This document shows positions 12,613-26,500 of a stretch of DNA of 64,000 nt, in pieces. The position numbers and the translations under genes were made by a program. Each line of letters begins with the position of its first letter. The stretch's first letter is position 1. The notes below the pieces were generated by a model. The model saw only the letters and a list, made by a program, of their open reading frames with translations. It made no database searches and had not been told where the DNA came from. This DNA comes from Squalus acanthias (lineage: Eukaryota), in NCBI GenBank assembly GCA_030390025.1, contig CM059425.1:173912001-173976000 (forward strand). Reading direction: 5' to 3'.

Positions 12613-14830
12613 GGCTAAAATTTTGGGTGCTTTACGTCACCGTTACCATCAAAATGTAGCGAAAAGACGGCGGCTGCCACTCTTTCGCCAGCTGGTGGTG
12701 GATCCCACGGCATCTGCCATTTTCCAAGGTCCGGCAGCGCAGCTGTTAAGAGCGATGGCCCAGCAAATTTAAATTAGGGAGATGTGATGTCACGCCAACT
12801 CAACGTCACCATGGCGAACTTGGACCTTAGCGCTGAGTTCAATGCTGGGTCCTAAGCTCGCCACAAAAACCCAGCGTTCAGCACACTCACAGAGGCACTG
12901 TCAGCACCTTTTAAAGGGACACACACATCTTTCAGCTAAGTTTGCATTTAAACTTTTGGACTGGATTTTTTTGATTTTATTGAGGTAATGGCTATTTGCA
13001 ATACATGTTAAAAGTTTTTTAAGTGTGCAGGGAGTACTGCTGGATGCTTGCGAGGCCTCGAATGGTAAAGGAAGGCCTCTCTGAGAGGACAGAAAATGCT
13101 GCAAATACTCAGCAGGTCAAGCAGCATCTGTGGAGCGAGAAACAGAGTTCACGTCTCAGGTCGAGGTGATGCCTGACCTGCTGAGTATTTCCAGTATTTT
13201 ATGCTTTTATTTCAGATTTACAGCATCCACATGCAGAGGGAAGAGGAAGACGCAGAAGAGGAGGAAGCAGAAGGAAAGATGCAACTCAGACAGCCCCTTT
13301 CTGGCCAGCATATCCGCGACGGAATGATCCGTCTGCGATACCAGTGACCACAACCCCAATTCCACTTTCAATATTTGTCCCACACCTTACCCTCCCTCTG
13401 TTACTGACCATCACAGTGTTCTCTTGGCCACAATGCTGAAGTAAAAGCCACCACAAGGCAAACTTTCCAATTCAACTTTATACATCTATCCATCCAATAT
13501 GACATCAAGGAATCAACTCATCATCCTTATGCATTCCCTTAGTGACTGTCTTGTGTGTGCCTTTGCCTGTAATACTGATGTCACGCAGAGCTACTCCAGT
13601 GGCTGCAGTATGGCTGGTGGAAGGCTGCTGACTTTCAATGGGGGACACTGCAAATGGCCTTGCTCATTGATCTTGAGTAGCTGGTGGCTGTGAGTATCAA
13701 ATTGAGTGACTGTGTTTCTTCTTCTTGTTCTTCTTCGCTCTTCTTGGTCAACCACCGGCTGGGCAGGCTGCATTTCTTGGGTGTGTGAAATGAGGAAGAC
13801 ACAAGGGTGGAGTTGTGGTGAGGGAGGGCGGGAAAGCAAGAGGTGCATGCGAGAAGGAGGATAACGTATAAGGATACCAGCATCTTTTAACTTTTCTGCC
13901 CTGCCGCTGGCCAAAGGCTCAGCTATGCGCCTGCTCAGAATGGCCAGCACCATCTCCTCCAAGGGGGTGAGATGAAGCTAGGAATGGCAGATGTGTCTCG
14001 TGTTTGGTCCAGATTGTTGGTAGGTGAGTAATTGGGCGGGGTGGGGGGGGGGGGGCGGCGGGAGTCGTGTATTGAGAAGTGTGTGAGGCTAGTGATGCAG
14101 TTGGTAGGAGACGGCTTTGGAAGATGCATTCACTGACCTTAACCACTCGTCTGTGGTCATGAAGCTTCTTTGAGCACTGGAGCCAGGTGGTGGGTCCAAC
14201 ACTGCTGGCAGTGTCGGCCTTGGTGATGTGGTCCCACATTGTTCTTTCTGGAGGGCCTCCTGACCCCTGTGGGGAGAGGACCTCTCTTGCTGCGTTGACC
14301 CCCTGCAAAAAGCTAGAGTGCTGCGTGCGAGACCCTGGGTGCCCCTTCCCTGGCTTGCTAAGCAATTTGTGTTAGTGCTGAAGCAGTTTTCCGGAAGGGA
14401 ATTCAACTTTAAGAGCTGAAGACTCCCATTTGGGAATTTTTTTTCAAATGTTAATTTTTTTTTATAAAGGCAGTAGAACTGTAAGGGCTGAAAACTAAAA
14501 ATTTACTTCATTTTTATTTTTATCAGTTAAGAAGGCATTGCCCTTTTAAGCAAATGACAATGCATGCCCTTTTAATATCCCACAATGCCTAGCGAACTCA
14601 TAGCCTCGCTTCCAGAGGCTGTTGGAAGATGCAATGCCGCTTCTGGACGCCACATTCGGCACTGATGCTGGGAGTAACGCCACCAGGAGGGCGTTACACG
14701 GTGAGTTTAGCACTGGGCTAAAAATCTTCCGTCCCCAGCGTGAATTTTCTCTCCTATCGGCGTGACCATTTTCAGCGGCCATTAACCCGTGATACCGGCA
14801 ACTTTCATGTCGCAGCCCAATTTTTAGGCC
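12613..14830. mobile_element. Decayed, internally deleted Harbinger
   Basis: TIRs GGCTAAAATTTTGGG / CCCAATTTTTAGGCC with TSD ACA. Myb remnant WLQCSKKLHD on -, and a transposase tail remnant near 13230-13345. Confidence 0.78.
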
Positions 14831-15574
14831 ACACTCTTTTTCCCTCTCAACCCCCACCCCTCTCTGACACCAGACTTCCTCTCTCCCTCTCTAATGCATC
14901 CTGCGAAATTGGGTAAACTACACATGCTCAAACTGTGCTACAAATTCAGCAGACAGCATCGCAGCTCTGGGCAACAACAATTCCAGGCTTTTGGGTGAGA
15001 TTTAGTCCTTCCAGTTAGAACTTGAATGAAGACATTGAAAGACACAAAAAACAATTCAATGGATAAATGTAATTATTTTATCGTGAAGTATGTGGGCAAC
15101 ACTATCAGGGTAGCATTTATTGCCTATTCCTAGTTGCCCTGAAGGCATTGATTCAGCCACACAGTATGGGACCAGAGTCACTTGTAGGCCACATTAGTGA
15201 ACCAGTTAAGTTTTTACAATAATCTGGAAACATTCATGGTACCAGCCCAAAAATTACCATAGAATCATTGAGTGTACTTGCAGCAGATGGCAAAGCTCTG
15301 CTTCTGCCTCTCTTCAGATCTAGACCCTGTGGAGCCAGTTCCCTATGTTCATTGATAAGTACGTGTGTTAAGGCCTGCAGACATAGCTGCTGGCATCTTG
15401 GTGGGTGCAGCCATTCAAGGTATGCTGTTTGTTGAGAATGCCTTCTTTTATGCAATGCTACTGAAAGCATGACGTACTGTGATTAGGGTGCTCCCGAAGA
15501 AGTTACCAACATTATGGTTAGTTAGGCATTTACATTTCCTAGTGATGACATTGCGTCTACTGTAAAAAAATAAT

Positions 15575-17173
15575 ACTGGAGAAATTAATGGGACTGAAGG
15601 CCGATAAATCCCCTGGACCTGATGACCTACATCCTAGGGTTTTGAAAGAGGTGGCTATAGAGATAGTGGAAGCATTAGTTGTCATTTTCCAAAATTCCAT
15701 AGATTCTAGAACGGTTCCTGCGGATTGGAAGGTAGCAAATGTAACCCCACTATTTAAGAAAGGAGGGAGAGAGAAAACGGGGAACTACAGACCAGTTAGC
15801 CTGACATCAATAGTAGGGAAAATGCTAGAATCTATTATTAAGGACGTGATAACAGGGCGCTTAGAAAATAATAATAGGATTGGGCAGTGTCAACATGGAT
15901 TTATGAAAGAGAAATCATGTTTGATGAATCTGTTAGAGTTTTTTGAGGTTGTAACTAGCAGAATAGATAAGGGGGAACCAGTGGATGTGGTGTATTTGGA
16001 TTTTCAGAAGGCATTCAATAAGGTGCCACACAAGAGGTTATTAAACAAAATTAGGGCTGATGGGATTGGGGGTAATATACTAGCATGGATTGAGGATTGG
16101 TTAACGGACAGAAAACAGAGTAGGAATAAACGGGTCATTTTTGGGTTGGCAGGCTGTAACTAGTGGGATATCGCAAGGATCAGTGCTTGGGCCTCAGCTA
16201 TTCACAATCTACATCAATGATTTAGATGAGGGGACCAAATGTAATATATCCAAGTTTGCTGATGATACAAAGCTGGGTGGGAATGTAAGTTTTGAGGGGG
16301 ATGCAAGGAGGCTTCAAGGGGATATAGACAGGCTAAGTGAGTGGGCAAGAACATGGCAAATGGAATATAATGTGGAGAAATTAGAAGTTATCCACTTTGG
16401 TAGGAAAAATAGAAAAGCAGCGTATTTTTTAAATGGTGAGAGATTGGGAAATGTTGGTGTTCAGAGGAACCTGGGTATCCTTGTACACGAATCACTGCAA
16501 GTTAACATGCAGGTACAGCAAGCAATTAGGAAAGTAAATGGTATGTTGGCTTTTATTACAAGAGGATTTGAGTATAAGAGTAAAGACGTCTTAATGCAAT
16601 TATATAGGGCCCTGGTGAGACCACACCTGGAATATTGTGTACAGTTTTGGTCTCCTTACCTAAGGAAGGATATACTTGCTATAGAGGGAGTTCAATGAAG
16701 GTTCACCAGACTGGTTCCTGGGATGGGGGGATTGTCCTATGAGGAGAGATTGAGTAGACTAGGCCTATATTCTCTAGAGTTTAGAAGAATGAGAGGTGAT
16801 CTCATTGAAACATACAAAATTCTTACAGGGCTTGACAGGGTAGATGCAGGGAGGATATTTCCCCTGGCTGGGGAGTCTAGAACCAGGGGTCACAATCTCA
16901 TAATAAGGGGACTGCCATTTAGGATTAAGATGAGAAATTTCTTCACTCAGAGGGTGGTGAATCTTTGGAATTCTCTACCACAGAGGGTTGTAGAGGCTCA
17001 GTCGTTGAGTATATTCAAGACGGAGATCGATAGATTTTTGAATATCAAGGGATATGGGGATAGTTCAGGAAAGTGGAGATGAGGTAGAAGATCAGCCATG
17101 ATCTTATTGAATGGCGGAGCAGGCTCGAAGGGCCAATTGGCCTACTCCTGCTCCTATTTATTATGTTCTTATG
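15575..17173 (+). mobile_element. 5'-truncated CR1 LINE (RT 3' half, one frameshift and one stop)
   Basis: KSPGPD, NYRPVSLT, YLDFQKAF, QGSVLGP, KFADD and RPHLEYC motifs; ttatgttcttatg tail. Confidence 0.92.
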
Positions 17174-18351
17174 TCCCAGCTTTGTTTGGGAAGAGAAGTC
17201 TTTGCATGCACTAATTATCTCCACACAAGATAAGGCCACCTCTGTCTACAAATGCCTATCTCTGTCCCCAGTGGGTGAGGACACTCTTGTGTAGTCTGAT
17301 CTGCCTCCCTTGGTAGGTCTTGTTTTTTTAGAAAATGGAGATAAGGGGATTACATAGAAGTTACAGCACAGAAACAGGCCATTCAGCTGAACAGCTCTAT
17401 GTCAGTGTTTACGCTCCACACGAGCCTCCTCCCACCTTACTTCATCTCATCCTATCAACATATCCTTCTATTCCTTTACCCATCATGTACCTATCTAGTT
17501 TTCCCTTAAATGCCCCTATGCTATTTGCCTCAACTATTCCACGAGTAAAGAAGTTTCGCCTGAATTCCTTATTGGATTTATTGGTGACTATATTATACTT
17601 ATGGTCCCTAGTTTTGGACTCCCCACAAGTGGAAACATCTTCTCTACATCTACCCCATTGAACTCCATCGTAATTCTAAAGACCTCTATCAGGACCTCTT
17701 TGTGATCTGAACTGAATATTGTGTTTTTCACATGCACCCTTACATATACTTCGCTATTATTTTGAATGTGAACTGAGAAAGGCTTGGTGAGATGAAGCCT
17801 GATACAAATTGTTAATCAGCTTTATTTCAAAGACTGCAAGTGAAAATACATAGTAACAGTCAAAGCAAATTCCACTGAGTTAACTCCCACTTTTCTCCTT
17901 GAAAAATGGGGAAAAAATAATAAACCATAGTGTCCTATCCTTTTCATGGCCTAAATTACTTGTTTTAGGCATTACTTTTCTTTCTAGACAACTTATAACT
18001 CTCTGACCTCTTACCTGGATCTTTTCATTGCGAACGCCGGTGTGACATCGGCCATCTCAGTTTCTCTACGCCCCTCACTCACTCTAACTTACCTCCATTT
18101 GAACTTGCAGCACTCCATTCTCTCAGGTTCAACCCTCACTTTATCATTAAAGCTGTTGACAAGGGCGGCGCAGTTGTTGTTTGGTATTAACGGCAACTCT
18201 CTGACACCTCCTCCTACCTCCCCCTGGGCCATGACCCCACCCCAAACATCAAGCAATCGTATCCCAGAAAGTCACTGACCTCATCTCCCTGGAGATCTTC
18301 CCTCCACAGCCTCTAAGGTCATAGTCCCCCAACCCTGCACAGCCCGCTTCG

Positions 18352-20375
18352 ACCTGGCTAGGATGGATTGGGGAACATTACTTAAAGGGTTGACGGTGGA
18401 TAGGCAATGGCAAACATTTAAAGATCGCATGGATGAGCTACAGAATTTGTTCATCCCTGTTTGGCATAAAATTAACCAAAAAAGGTGACTCAATCGTGGC
18501 TAACAAGGGAAATTAGGGATAGCATAAGATCCAAGGAGAGGACATATAAATTGGCCAGAAAAAGCAGCAAACCTGAGGATTGGGAGCAGTTTAGGATTCA
18601 GCAAAGGAGGACAAAGGGATTAATTAAGAGGGGGAAAATAGAATATGAGAGTAAGCTTGCAGGGAACATAAAAACTGACTGTAAAAGCTTCTATAGATAT
18701 GTGAAGAGAAAAAGATTGGTGAAGTCAAGCGTAGGTCCCTTGCAGTCAGAATCAGGGGAATTTATAATGGGGAACAAAGAAATGGCAGACCAATTAAATA
18801 CATACTTTGGTTCTGTCTTCACAAAGGAGGACACAAATAAACTCCCAGAGATGTCGGGGAACATAGGGTCTAATGAGAAGGAAGAATTGAACGAAATCAG
18901 TATTTGTAGGGAAATGGTGTTAGGGAAATTGACGGGATTGAAGGCCGATAAATCCCCAGGGCCTGATAATCTACATCCTAGGGTACTTAAGGAAGTGGCC
19001 CTAGAAATAGTAGATGCATTGCTGGTCATCTTTCAAAATTCTATAGACTCTGGAACAGTTCCCATGGATTGGAGGGTAGCTAATGTAACCCCACTATTTA
19101 AAAAAGGTGGTAGAGAAAAAACAGGGAATTATGGACCGGTAAGCCTGACATCGGTAGTGGGCAAAATGCTAGAGTCCATTATAAAAGATGTAATAGCAGA
19201 GCACTTGGAAAACAGTGACAGGATCGGACAAAGTCAACATGGATTTACAAAAGGTAAATCATGCCTGACTAATCTACTGGAATTTTTTGAGGATGTAACT
19301 GGTAGAATAGATAAGGGAGAACCAGTGGATGTGGTGTATTTGGACTTTCAGAAGGCTTTCGATAAGGTCCCGCATAAGAGATTAGCATGCAAAGTTAAAG
19401 CACATGGGATTGGAGGTAAGGTACTGATTTGGATAGAGAACTGGTTGGCAGACAGGAAGCAAAGAGTTGGAATAAACGGGTCTTTTTCCGAGTGGCAGGC
19501 AGTGACTAGTGGGGTACCGCAGGGATCGGTGCTAGGACCCCAGCTATTCGCAATATATATTAATGATCTGGACGAGGGAACTAGATGTAATATCTCCAAG
19601 TTTGCAGACGACACAAAGCTGGGTTGGCGTGTGTGCTGTGAGGAGGATGCAGAGAAACTCCAGTATGATTTGGACAGGTTGGGTGATATGGCAGATGCAG
19701 TATAATGTGGATAAATGCGAGGTTATCCACTTCGGTGGCAAAAACAGGAAGACAGATTATTATCTGAACGGCAATAGATTGGGAAAAGGGGAAGTGCAAC
19801 GAGATCTGTGAGTCCTTGTGCACCAGTCGCTGAAGGTAAGCATGCAGGTGCAGCAGGCGGTTAAGAAGGCAAATGGTATGTTGGCCTTCATAGCGAGAGG
19901 ATTTGAGTACAGGAGCAAGGATGTCTTGCTGCAGTTGTACAAGGCCTTGGTGAGACCACACCTTGAGTATTGTATGCAGTTTTGGTCGCCTTATCTGAGG
20001 AAGGATGTTCTTGCCATGGAGGGAGTGCAGCGAAGATTTACCAGACTGACACCTGGGATGGCAGGAATAACGTATGAAGAGAGATTGGGTCGATTAGGCT
20101 TATATTCGCTAGAGTTTAGAAGAATGAGAGGGGATGAGGAGGAATTTCTTCACCCAGAGAGTGGTGAACCTGTGGAATTCTCTACCACAGAAGGCAGTTG
20201 AAGCCGATTTATTAAATATATTCAAGAAGGAGATTGATATATTTCTTAAGGCTAAAGGGATATGGGGAGAAAGCAGGGACAGGGTACTGAATTTGGATGA
20301 TCAGCCATGATCTCATTGAATGGTGGAGCAGGCTCGAGGGGCCAAATGGCCTACTCCTGCTCCTATCTTCTATGC
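18352..20375 (+). mobile_element. 5'-truncated CR1 LINE inserted into a Penelope-like element
   Basis: 406-aa RT ORF (18485-19705) with FADD, then frameshifted; CR1 3' UTR. Confidence 0.92.
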
Positions 20376-21777
20376 TTCTATACCTGCTTCCCTCGATCCA
20401 CGAACAGGACTGCCCTGGTAGACCCATCGTTTCAGCCTGTTCTTGCCCCACGGAACTTATTTCTTCCTATTTTTTCTGTCCTTGTCCAGTCTCTTCCAAC
20501 GCCCTCTACAAGTTTAATAGTTTCACGTTTCCTGGCCTTAATTGTCCCCTTTTCACCATGGATTCCCAGTCGCTTTACACCTCCATCCCTCAGCTGGATG
20601 GCCTGTGGGCCCTCTGCTTCTTCTTTGAATGGAGGCCCAACCAGTTCCCACCGATCCAACAGTCATCTGATTTCTACAAAGGACTCCTCAAACTACACAG
20701 AATGTCAGTGTTTGACAGCTTCACAGAGCTGTCAAATGATGACATTTCTTCTTTCAAAAATCCTTGACAGATGACACGTCATACGTTGACGTGCTCTGTC
20801 ACTGACTTCCCGCTAATTGGCCTGTTGAGCCCGCTGGGCGGGCTTAACAAGGTCAATCAGGGGAAGATCCCGCTGGTTGGCCAGAGGCTGATGGAGGCGG
20901 GACTGAAACCAGGCAAGCAGCAGTCCCGCCTCCAACACGTCTCCATTCATAAAATCCAGCCCAAGGTGTCTCTATGGGAACCCGCACGGGTCCCAGCTAT
21001 GCCTGCCTTTTTGTGGGATACGTGGAACATTCTTTGTTCCAGTCCTACTCTGGTCCCCTCCCTCACCACTTTTTCTGGTACATTGATGACTGTATTGGTG
21101 CCGTTTCCTGCTCTCGCCCCGAACTAGTAAATTTCATCAACCATGCTTCCGATTTCCACCCCTCCCTCATCTTCACATGGTCCATATCCGACTCTTCCCC
21201 TCCGTTCCTCGACTTCTCTATCTCCATTTCTGGGAATACGCTGTCAACCAATATCTACTATCCACTATCTACTCCCACAGCTTCCTTGATTACACTTCCT
21301 CCCACCCTACTTCCTGTAAGGATTCTATTCCATTCTCCCAGTTCCTCCGTCTCCATCGCATCTGTTCTGACGATGCCACCTTCCACACCAGTGCTTCCAA
21401 TATGTCTTCCTTTTTCCTCAACCAAAGATTCCTCTCCACTGTGGTTGACAAGGCCCTCAACCGTGACTGTCCCAATTCTCGCACCTGTTCTCACCCTTCC
21501 TCTTCCTCCCAGAACCACAATAGGGTTTCCCTTGTCCTCACCTTCCACCCCACCAGCCTCCGCATTCAACGGATCATCCTCCGCTATTTCCGCCACCTCC
21601 AGCATGTTTCTTTACTTGTCCCATTACCACCCACTTTTGCCTTGCACCATCATCCCTTTTGTCATTTAATCTCTCCTACCTTCCACCCATCACAGAACTT
21701 CCCTTTTGTTCTTTCCACCCCTGCTCCTCCTGCCATTTCCCAGCCTCTGTAATTACTTAAAAACTGTTAAACCTCTA

Positions 21778-22442
21778 GGGCCCCGAAAAAGGTTAGCGCC
21801 CCTGCGCCATAAATTGAGTGGTAGCGCCCCAAGCAGGAGTCGGGACGCTACTGGAAGTGCTCCCCCTCCCTCCTGGGGCGCTACCATTCAATATCGCGCC
21901 GCTACGTGCAACAGTGCCACGTGCGTCAGCACGTAGCGCCGCGGTATTACAGGCCTCCCTCCCCAGATTAAAGGGGAGTGGCCTAGCGCAGCACGCATCG
22001 GGGCCCCACTGGACCACCAGGGAGCGGGGTGCCGGGAAAAGAGCCCGGCACTCAAGAGGAGTGCCAGGCTGACTGATCGCGGCCGGCACCCCGCATGAGG
22101 TGGCGAAAGGAGGCAGATGCTGGCAGGCGGCCCCAAAAAAAATGGCTGCCCGGCACCTGCCCTTTAATTAGCGCCACCACGGCTGCAAAAACGCCACCCT
22201 GACCCTGTCGGACATATCCGGCAGTAGGTCAGGGGGCGCAACTCAAGTTTGTGGCTGGAGCGCTGCGCACGGCGATGACGTCATCGCCGGAGGCGCAGTG
22301 CTGTGCGGCGCTACCAGCTACCGCCGCCGCTAACCTCCCACTGAATTTCGCGGGAGGCGTTAGCAGTGCTGCGCCCAGGCTCTAGGGGCTTTGCGCCCCC
22401 CGGGCGCTAACAGGAAGCATAAAGCAACCTAATTTTTCCCCC
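21778..22442. mobile_element. Harbinger MITE family 'D'
   Basis: TSD CTA restores acctctaacttc. It is the reverse-complement homologue of 58662-59354. Confidence 0.82.
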
Positions 22443-22660
22443 CTAACTTCTTCCAGTTCCAACAAAAGGTCATCAACCTGAAACGTTAACTCTGTTTCTC
22501 TCTCCACAGTTACTGCCTGACCTGCTGAGTATTTCCAGTATTTTCTATTTTTATTTCAGATTTCCAGCATCTGCAGTATTTTGCTTTTATAACTTCAAAA
22601 TCTAACCTCCTGCATTTTAACTTCCATCTTTGGGCCCCAGGATCTTGCAGCCTCTTATTT

Positions 22661-22663
22661 CTT

Positions 22664-22694
<31 letters not shown>

Positions 22695-22821
22695 GGTAAT
22701 CCCTCGGAACCGAGGATGACTTGCTTCCACACTAAAAATGAGTTCTCAGGTGACTGATGAGTCCAATGCGGGACCTACAGTCTCTGTCTCAGGTGGGGCA
22801 GACGGTGGTTGAAGAGGCGGG
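22661..22821 (-). mobile_element. Short 5'-truncated RTE insertion with a (GAA)n tail
   Basis: Matches 63101-63240. TSD TTGCAGCCTCTTATTT / TTGAAGCCTCTTGTTT (14/16). Confidence 0.85.
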
Positions 22822-23581
22822 TTGAAGCCTCTTGTTTAAAAAATACCTGACTGACGGTCCATATGCTCCTTTGCCCTTTTTTCTGTGTTCCCAGCCGGGG
22901 GAGTAATATGATGATAATTTTTTCCTTGTTCAGTGATTTGTCAATAAACAGGCTACTTCTCCTTCCTCCTTTGGGTATGGGTTTAAGAAAAACATCTCCA
23001 GAAATTCAAAAATGAAACGGAAACTAAAGGAGGAACAGAAAGATATGATGGGTAAATTTTAAATTAAATGTGCAAAGCTGGTGGTGTCCATATGGCTTCT
23101 GGTGTATCTGGGACACAGATAGAATGAGCAAGTTAATTGACTTCAAGGAGTTGTCTTAGAAAAGTGAATTATCTTTGAAGATATCTAGGCAGCTTTCTCA
23201 GGAGAAGCAGCTTACACAAGTAGTTTTTGCATGTAACCAAATGGGGCACTAAATTATTAGTAGAAAATAATTAATCAGGATTCTTTTAAGTTGTATTTGG
23301 AGGCAGTGAGTTAATACTGTGGTAAACATACATGAGTCAATAGTTATTACTGATCAAAGGCAAGAGGAAATTATGTTGGTCAGGGTATAAAAAAGGAATG
23401 CAAACATAATAAGCAGTTCAAATAAGGATAAGCTTTCCTGTAGACACAAGGGATAATTAGAATTAACTCAGCTAGAAAACATATTGATGTTATTGGTATT
23501 GCACAAACATGACTGTCAGCTAGAAGAAGTAGCTAAGAGTATAGAATGATTCCCAGTAATAGATATGCCAGTTTAGGCAGT

Positions 23582-26500
23582 GAAATAAAAACAGAAATTG
23601 CTGGAAACACTCAGAAGGTCAGGCAGCATCTGTGGAGCGAGAAACAAAGTTAAGGGCCGAAATTTTCACATTGCAGAGCGTGCGGGTTTGGGAGCGGGTC
23701 GGTGGTTAAAAGTGCTGAAATTGACAGCACGTCGGGAACCCGCCGGCTTCCGCGTTTAACTGGGGCGGGTTTCAAAGCGTGCCATGGACCTGCGAGAGAG
23801 AGAGAGAGAGGCGGGTGACCTCATTGAGGTAGTTAACTGCTCATTTAGAGACTCTTAACAGCTTTTTTAACTTGAGGTTTCAACTTTAACTGGTTGCACA
23901 TGGGATTCACAGACCTCGGGAACCTCCCCTGTGAAGGGGAGTCGGAAGCTCAGTGGCCATTGTGTTACTTCATTAAGTGACAGCTGAAAAAAGCACATGA
24001 ATACACACAGCTTACACCTGCTTCCTTGCCTAAGGGAAAGGCTCTTGCTGACACCATTTTGTGCAGAGATTTTGCTTTCAGGAGTTTGCAGGTGATTTCT
24101 GTAACCTCGGAAGCCACTCTCACCACATTACAAGTCACTCTCACTACATTGGAGGATTGTGCCTCTGATCTCCACTTTACCTGGCATCTATCAGATCAGC
24201 ATGGGTGCCGCTTATGCTATCTCACCTTGGACCTCAGATTTGGACCAAGATGAGCCCCAGCACAACAACAGCAGCCACACCAGCAGCAGCAACAACAAGA
24301 CCAGCAACCTTCTCCTCACCGACTTGATGCTCCAGAGGAGAGAGGGGAGCAGCACAGGGGTGCACCGTGCCAGAGGTGCTACCCCCAACACGGTATACAG
24401 GCAGAGGATGAGCTTCCTGGACATGACTGAACAGCAGTGCTTCAGGAGGCTCAGGCTATCAAGCCAGGTCATCGCAGACATTTGTAGCTTGCTGGAAGAA
24501 GACCTGCTGCCCAGAGGTCCTGGTGGACACGCCTTACCAGCGGCTGTCAAAGTCACCACCACGCTCAACTTCTTCGCCTCAGGCTCCTTCCAGGGATCTG
24601 CAGCAGACATTTGCAGGATCTTGCAGTCGGCTGCCCACAAATACATCACCCAGGTGACCGATGCCATGTTTCAGAAGTCAGCCACTTACGTAAACGTTGC
24701 CACTGATGAAGCCAGTGTTACTGAGTGGGCGCTCGGCTTTGCGGCTCTGGCTGGCTTCCCACAGGTGCAGGGCGTCATCGACTGCACACATGTGGCCATC
24801 AAGGCACCCCAAGATCACCCATGAGTGTTTGTGAACCGTAAGGGCTTCTACCCCCTCAATGTACAGCTCGTCAGCAACCATAAAAAGATCATCATGCATG
24901 TGTGCGCCAGATTCCCAGGGAGCTGTTATGACTCTTTTGTCCTGCGCCAGTCCACCCTCCCTCAGCTCTTTGCATCTCCAAACAGACTTACCGGCTGGCT
25001 GCTTGGAGACAAGGGCTATCCACTGAAGACGTGGCTGATGACACCCTTGAGGAGGCCAAGCAATGAGGCCGAGGAGCGCTATAATGAAAGCCACAGGTCC
25101 ACCAGATGTGTCATAAAGCAAGCAATCAGCATGCTGAAGATACGCTTCAGATGCTTGGAGGAACCCTTCAGTACGCACCAGCCAGTGTCTCCAGAATCAT
25201 CGTCGTATGCTGCGCGCTGCCCAACATAGCGCAGCAGTGAGGATTGGAGCTGCAGAAGGAGCAAGGCGCAGAGCGCACAGCCTCTTCGGAGGAGGAGGAG
25301 AAACAGGTGGAACACGAGGAGGAGGAACCTGAGGTGGAAATGGCACCAGTAGCACATTGCTGCCCAGGAGGCCCGGGATGGCCTCCAAATGGCCCAATTT
25401 ACTTAAGTGGCACCAGTGCACCCATATGGCTCCCAGATACTGTACCAACTTCCCCCCCACCCCCCATCTATGCCACAAAGCAGTTATAAAATTACCAAAC
25501 CATTCCTGTCAACCAAACACCCATTGCTCGAGGTTAAGTAATGTCTTACTATTCACTCCAAGTGACAAAGCCGTTTCTCAGGTAGCAGGCAAAAATAGAC
25601 AAGACGGAAAAGTAGTGCAAAGAAATAAATTTATGTGCATTATAAATAGAACTGAAACTTAACACTAACATTTTGGCAAACACTCTTGCGCATCTACGAT
25701 TGTGTCTTTTTTCTTTTCCGAATGCTTCTATGAGGTGTAACCCCTGTAGCTTCAGCAAAGGTAGAGGCAGACGGCTTACTTCCCTGCTGTGACTGCTTCG
25801 ACACTTTTGGCGGATGTCCTCTGGGTTTTAGGGCCATGCAGATGACATGCACATCAGGATGTAGTTGAATATGGCATTGTACTCACCTTTCCTGACCTCA
25901 TGAGATCATTAAATCTCTTCCGGCATTGAATCCAGGGGTGGCTGACAACACCCCTACTGCTCACTTCTTGGGCGATCTCCAGCCTGCCCTCTTGGTTTCT
26001 CTGGTTGCTCTTTTCCTGTCACTGCCAGGGAATAGGACCTCCCTTCGTGCTCTGACTCCCTGGACCAGGACTTCCAGGGAGGCATCTGAGAACCTAAGTG
26101 CCGTCTTCTGTCGCCGTGACTCCATGTTTGCTTGCACCCACACAAGTCTCTGCAATATAGACCAATAGCCACCTCTCCCAACCACCTTTATGCCTTCTCC
26201 AACAACCTTCACTGGGATGTGTGCAAGGCTTCTTTAAATATCTGAGCGGAAAGCGAGTCATCGGTGACATCATCAGACCCGCTCCGAAATTGGCCGGGAA
26301 ACCCGCATGACTGTTTCAATTGATGTAATTGAGTTAAATGCGCAGTGCAGAACGCGCTGTTGAAAACTTCGGGATGGCAACCCGCTACGTGGCCCGCATG
26401 CACCCGCCCTGACTCTAAGGTAAAGATTCCGGCCAATGTTTCAGGTCGATGAACGTTCATCAGAACTGGAAGATGTTAGAGATGAACAGCTTTTATGCAA

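Larger units (their letters stand above)
18000..22590 (+). mobile_element. Decayed Penelope-like retroelement in pieces around a CR1 and MITEs
   Basis: IIKAVDKGGAVVVW, LLPSIH..CPGRPIVS, TMDSQSLYTSIP, MGTRTGPSYA, YIDD and SIPFSQFLRLHRICS motifs; terminal repeat at 22446-22590. Confidence 0.85.

Noticed and set aside
18485..19705. 406-aa reverse transcriptase ORF as an active or novel RT system
   Set aside because: It is an ordinary 5'-truncated CR1 ORF2 lacking the endonuclease, with a downstream frameshift and stop.
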